Shown here: in pieces, positions 15,669 to 18,036 of the stretch
Layout of the letters: every line of letters starts with the position of its first letter
How positions within the stretch are numbered: the first letter of the stretch is position 1
Assembly: GCA_050506795.1 (NCBI GenBank)
Contig: JBJHCF010000065.1
Location: 1 to 18,036 of the forward strand
Reading direction: 5' to 3'
From: Opitutia bacterium
GTDB lineage: Bacteria; Verrucomicrobiota; Verrucomicrobiia; Opitutales; T3Sed10-336
DNA: 18,036 nt
The notes under the pieces: model-generated
Told to the model about the DNA's origin: nothing
Databases searched by the model: none
What the model saw: the letters and a program-made list of their open reading frames with translations, nothing else
Made by a program: the position numbers and the translations under genes

Positions 15669-16400
15669 ATGCCCGTAGCCAAAACACCCACCGTCGAAGA
15701 GTTATCCCACCACCCTGTGGTTTCCGGTTCCGAATGGCTCGCGGCCAGGAGGACATTGCTGGAGAAGGAAAAGGAGCTGACCCGGTTGAACGACGAGTTG
15801 AGCGCCCTGCGGCGCGCGCTACCCTGGGTGGCGGTGGAGAAGGAGTATGCGTTTGATACGCCGGACGGAAAGAAGAGTCTGGCCGACCTGTTCGCGGGGC
15901 GGAGTCAGTTGATCGTTTACCACTTCATGTTCGGCCCGGGCTGGGAGGAGGGGTGCGACGGATGCTCTTTTCTGGCGGATCACTTCGACGGCGCCAACCT
16001 GCACCTGGCCCATCACGATGTGACTCTGCTGGCGGTTTCGCGGGCGCCCCTGTCCGAATTTCTCCCCTACAAGAAACGCATGGGCTGGCAGTTCCCCTGG
16101 GTGTCGTCGCACGGGAGCGACTTCAATTACGACTTCCACGCCTCCTCCTCGAAGGAGGCCCTCGCTTCCGGGAAGATCCTTTACAACTTCCGCGAGGTGG
16201 ACGGCGCGGACGCCGGGGAGGAGCACCACGGAATCAGCGTTTTCTACAAAACCCCGGACGGAAAGATCTTCCACACCTATTCCTGTTACTCCCGCGGGGT
16301 CGACATCCTGTGCACGACCCACAACTTCCTCGATCTCACCCCCAAAGGCCGTAACGAAAAAAGCACCATGGACTGGGTGCGTTTGCATGATCGGTACTGA
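15669..16400 (+). CDS. DUF899 family thioredoxin-like protein
   Basis: WLAARRTLLEKEKELTR...RRALPWV...LADLFAGRSQLIVYHFMFGPGWEEGCDGCSFLAD...VSRAP...KKRMGWQFPWVSS...LDLTPKGRNE...WVRLHDRY; GAGGAG RBS before ATG 15669. Confidence 0.92.
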   Translation: MPVAKTPTVEELSHHPVVSGSEWLAARRTLLEKEKELTRLNDELSALRRALPWVAVEKEYAFDTPDGKKSLADLFAGRSQLIVYHFMFGPGWEEGCDGCSFLADHFDGANLHLAHHDVTLLAVSRAPLSEFLPYKKRMGWQFPWVSSHGSDFNYDFHASSSKEALASGKILYNFREVDGADAGEEHHGISVFYKTPDGKIFHTYSCYSRGVDILCTTHNFLDLTPKGRNEKSTMDWVRLHDRY

Positions 16401-16585
16401 ATAGGTATCGAGATTATTGGTACCGAAAAAGCCCGATAAAGACCGTCGCTCCGAAGCCCGGGCGCTTTACCTGTTTTTGCTCGAAAGATTTGCCAGGCTA
16501 TCTATTCCTGACGAGTAATTGGGATGAACGCGTGTACACATGTGCTTGCATGGTGGGAGTGGGGTGGCTATAGGTGGGGGGCAAA

Positions 16586-17653
16586 ATGGAAGCGCGGCAT
16601 TCAGGCAGGGTCTGGCGGGGGCGGGGGGTCGCGGAGAACCCGGGCAACCGGTTTGAGTCTTCTCGTTTCGAACCCGATCCGGAGTGGGAGGCGGACGAGG
16701 AGCGTTCGGCGCCGCGCACGCAATTCCTGCCCGACCTGTCGCAGTCGATCATCACCCGCAATGACAGTCCGGATGTCGGATTTGAACGCAGCATCAATCC
16801 GTACCGCGGTTGCGAACATGGCTGTGTTTACTGTTATGCCCGCCCGACCCACGAATACCTCGGTTTTTCGTCGGGGCTCGATTTCGAAACCCGCATCATG
16901 GTCAAGGAACGCGCCCCGGCCTTGCTGCGGGAGGCGATGGAAAAGCCGCGTTGGGAGCCGGGAGTGCTGGTGATGAGCGGGGTGACCGATCCCTACCAGC
17001 CAATTGAACGAAAACTGAAAATCACCCGGGAGTGCCTCAGGGTCCTGACGGAGTTTCGCAATCCGGTGGCGATCATTACCAAGAATCACCTGGTGACCCG
17101 GGACATTGATCTCCTCGGGGAGTTGGCGGCCCATCGGGCGGCGGCGGCCTTTGTTTCCCTGACCACTCTCGACCCCTCTCTGGCCCGGGCGATGGAGCCG
17201 CGAACGGCGAGCCCAGAACACCGGCTCGACGCCGTCCGCCGTCTGGCGGCCGCGGGAGTTCCGGTGGGGGTGATGACCGCTCCCCTCGTCCCCGGCCTTA
17301 CCGATCACGAGATACCAAACCTGCTTTCGGCCGCGGCCGAAGCCGGAGCTTCGTTCGCGGGGTACACCGTGCTGCGGCTGCCGCACGCGGTGAAAGACCT
17401 TTTTGAAAACTGGCTGGAGCACCACTTCCCGAGCAAGAAGCAGCGTGTGCTGGGACGCCTTCGCGAATTGCGCGACGGGAAGCTGAATGACACCCGCTTT
17501 GGCTCACGCATGCGCGGAGAGGGGGTGTTTGCCGAGCAAATACGTTCCCTCTTTCGGGTGGCCCGTCGCCGAGCCGGCCTGGACCGGGCGGTTCCGGAGT
17601 TGTCGATCGAGGCCTTCCGAAAACCGGGCGGGCGACAAATGGAGTTGTTTTGA
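16586..17653 (+). CDS. PA0069-family radical SAM protein (SplB-like, putative DNA repair)
   Basis: GRGVAENPGNRFE, NDSPDVGFERSINPYRGCEHGCVYCYARPTHEYLG (CxxxCxxC), SGVTDPYQPIER, MEPRTASP, FGSRMRGEG, terminal QMELF. Confidence 0.93.
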   Translation: MEARHSGRVWRGRGVAENPGNRFESSRFEPDPEWEADEERSAPRTQFLPDLSQSIITRNDSPDVGFERSINPYRGCEHGCVYCYARPTHEYLGFSSGLDFETRIMVKERAPALLREAMEKPRWEPGVLVMSGVTDPYQPIERKLKITRECLRVLTEFRNPVAIITKNHLVTRDIDLLGELAAHRAAAAFVSLTTLDPSLARAMEPRTASPEHRLDAVRRLAAAGVPVGVMTAPLVPGLTDHEIPNLLSAAAEAGASFAGYTVLRLPHAVKDLFENWLEHHFPSKKQRVLGRLRELRDGKLNDTRFGSRMRGEGVFAEQIRSLFRVARRRAGLDRAVPELSIEAFRKPGGRQMELF

Positions 17654-17654
17654 A

Positions 17655-17909
17655 ATGAGCAAACTGAAACTGGATCTGCACGATATCTTTAATGACGGCC
17701 GCCGGTTGGAGGAGGCCTTGCACGGAGTAATCGACGAAGCGGTGCGAAAACGAATCCGCACCGTGGAGATCATTCCGGGCAAGGGAAGCGGTCAGCTCAA
17801 GAAGCGTGTGCTACGATTTCTGCAGGAGCCCAACATCAAGTCCCAGTACCACCGGGTGGAAAAAGACAGCAAAAACTTTGGCCGGGTGTTCGTTCACTTC
17901 CGGTTCTAG
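17655..17909 (+). CDS. Stand-alone Smr/MutS2 C-terminal domain protein
   Basis: KLDLHDIFN...VEIIPGKGSGQLKKRVLRFL...NFGRVFVHF; starts 1 bp after the radical SAM stop. Confidence 0.88.
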   Translation: MSKLKLDLHDIFNDGRRLEEALHGVIDEAVRKRIRTVEIIPGKGSGQLKKRVLRFLQEPNIKSQYHRVEKDSKNFGRVFVHFRF

Positions 17910-18036
17910 CCCGACTTTCGCTACTCAGGAGCAAAACCAACTTTTTTCGCCCTGTTGGCGACCGCCAGCCCGCATAAAATCGAGGTCGCTCGTTCAAAAC
18001 GGCGTGTAGTGAAGACCTACCCTCTTCTCAAAACCG

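Noticed and set aside
17994..18036. Possible 3' end of a minus-strand gene (...GFEKRVGLHYTPF*)
   Set aside because: Too short to support a call.

Overview
GC-rich bacterial window, probably Verrucomicrobiota (Opitutales-like; inferred from protein style only). The left ~6.4 kb is an accessory region downstream of a minus-strand tRNA-Ser(GGA). It carries a PaeR7I/XhoI-like N6-adenine DNA methyltransferase (missed by the ORF track because it runs off the left edge), a BlaI-family repressor with an M56 (BlaR1-like) metallopeptidase ending in a secretin-like domain, a BrnT/BrnA-type toxin-antitoxin pair, an orphan YgiT/MqsA-type zinc finger and a truncated GNAT. It also holds a dense nest of small non-autonomous elements: an IS4-like MITE with a perfect 10-bp target duplication, a CTAG-flanked MITE, GTAG-type REP hairpins, a CAGAT-repeat inverted element, a 37-bp-arm inverted repeat, and a tRNA-3'-end-linked repeat with a second copy inside a MITE. 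The right part is core genome: a partial complex I operon nuoBCDEFGHI (no nuoA or nuoJ-N here), a degenerate carboxypeptidase-regulatory-like/redoxin gene, a DUF899 protein, a PA0069-family radical SAM protein and a stand-alone Smr-domain protein. All family assignments are from motif recognition by eye, not database searches.
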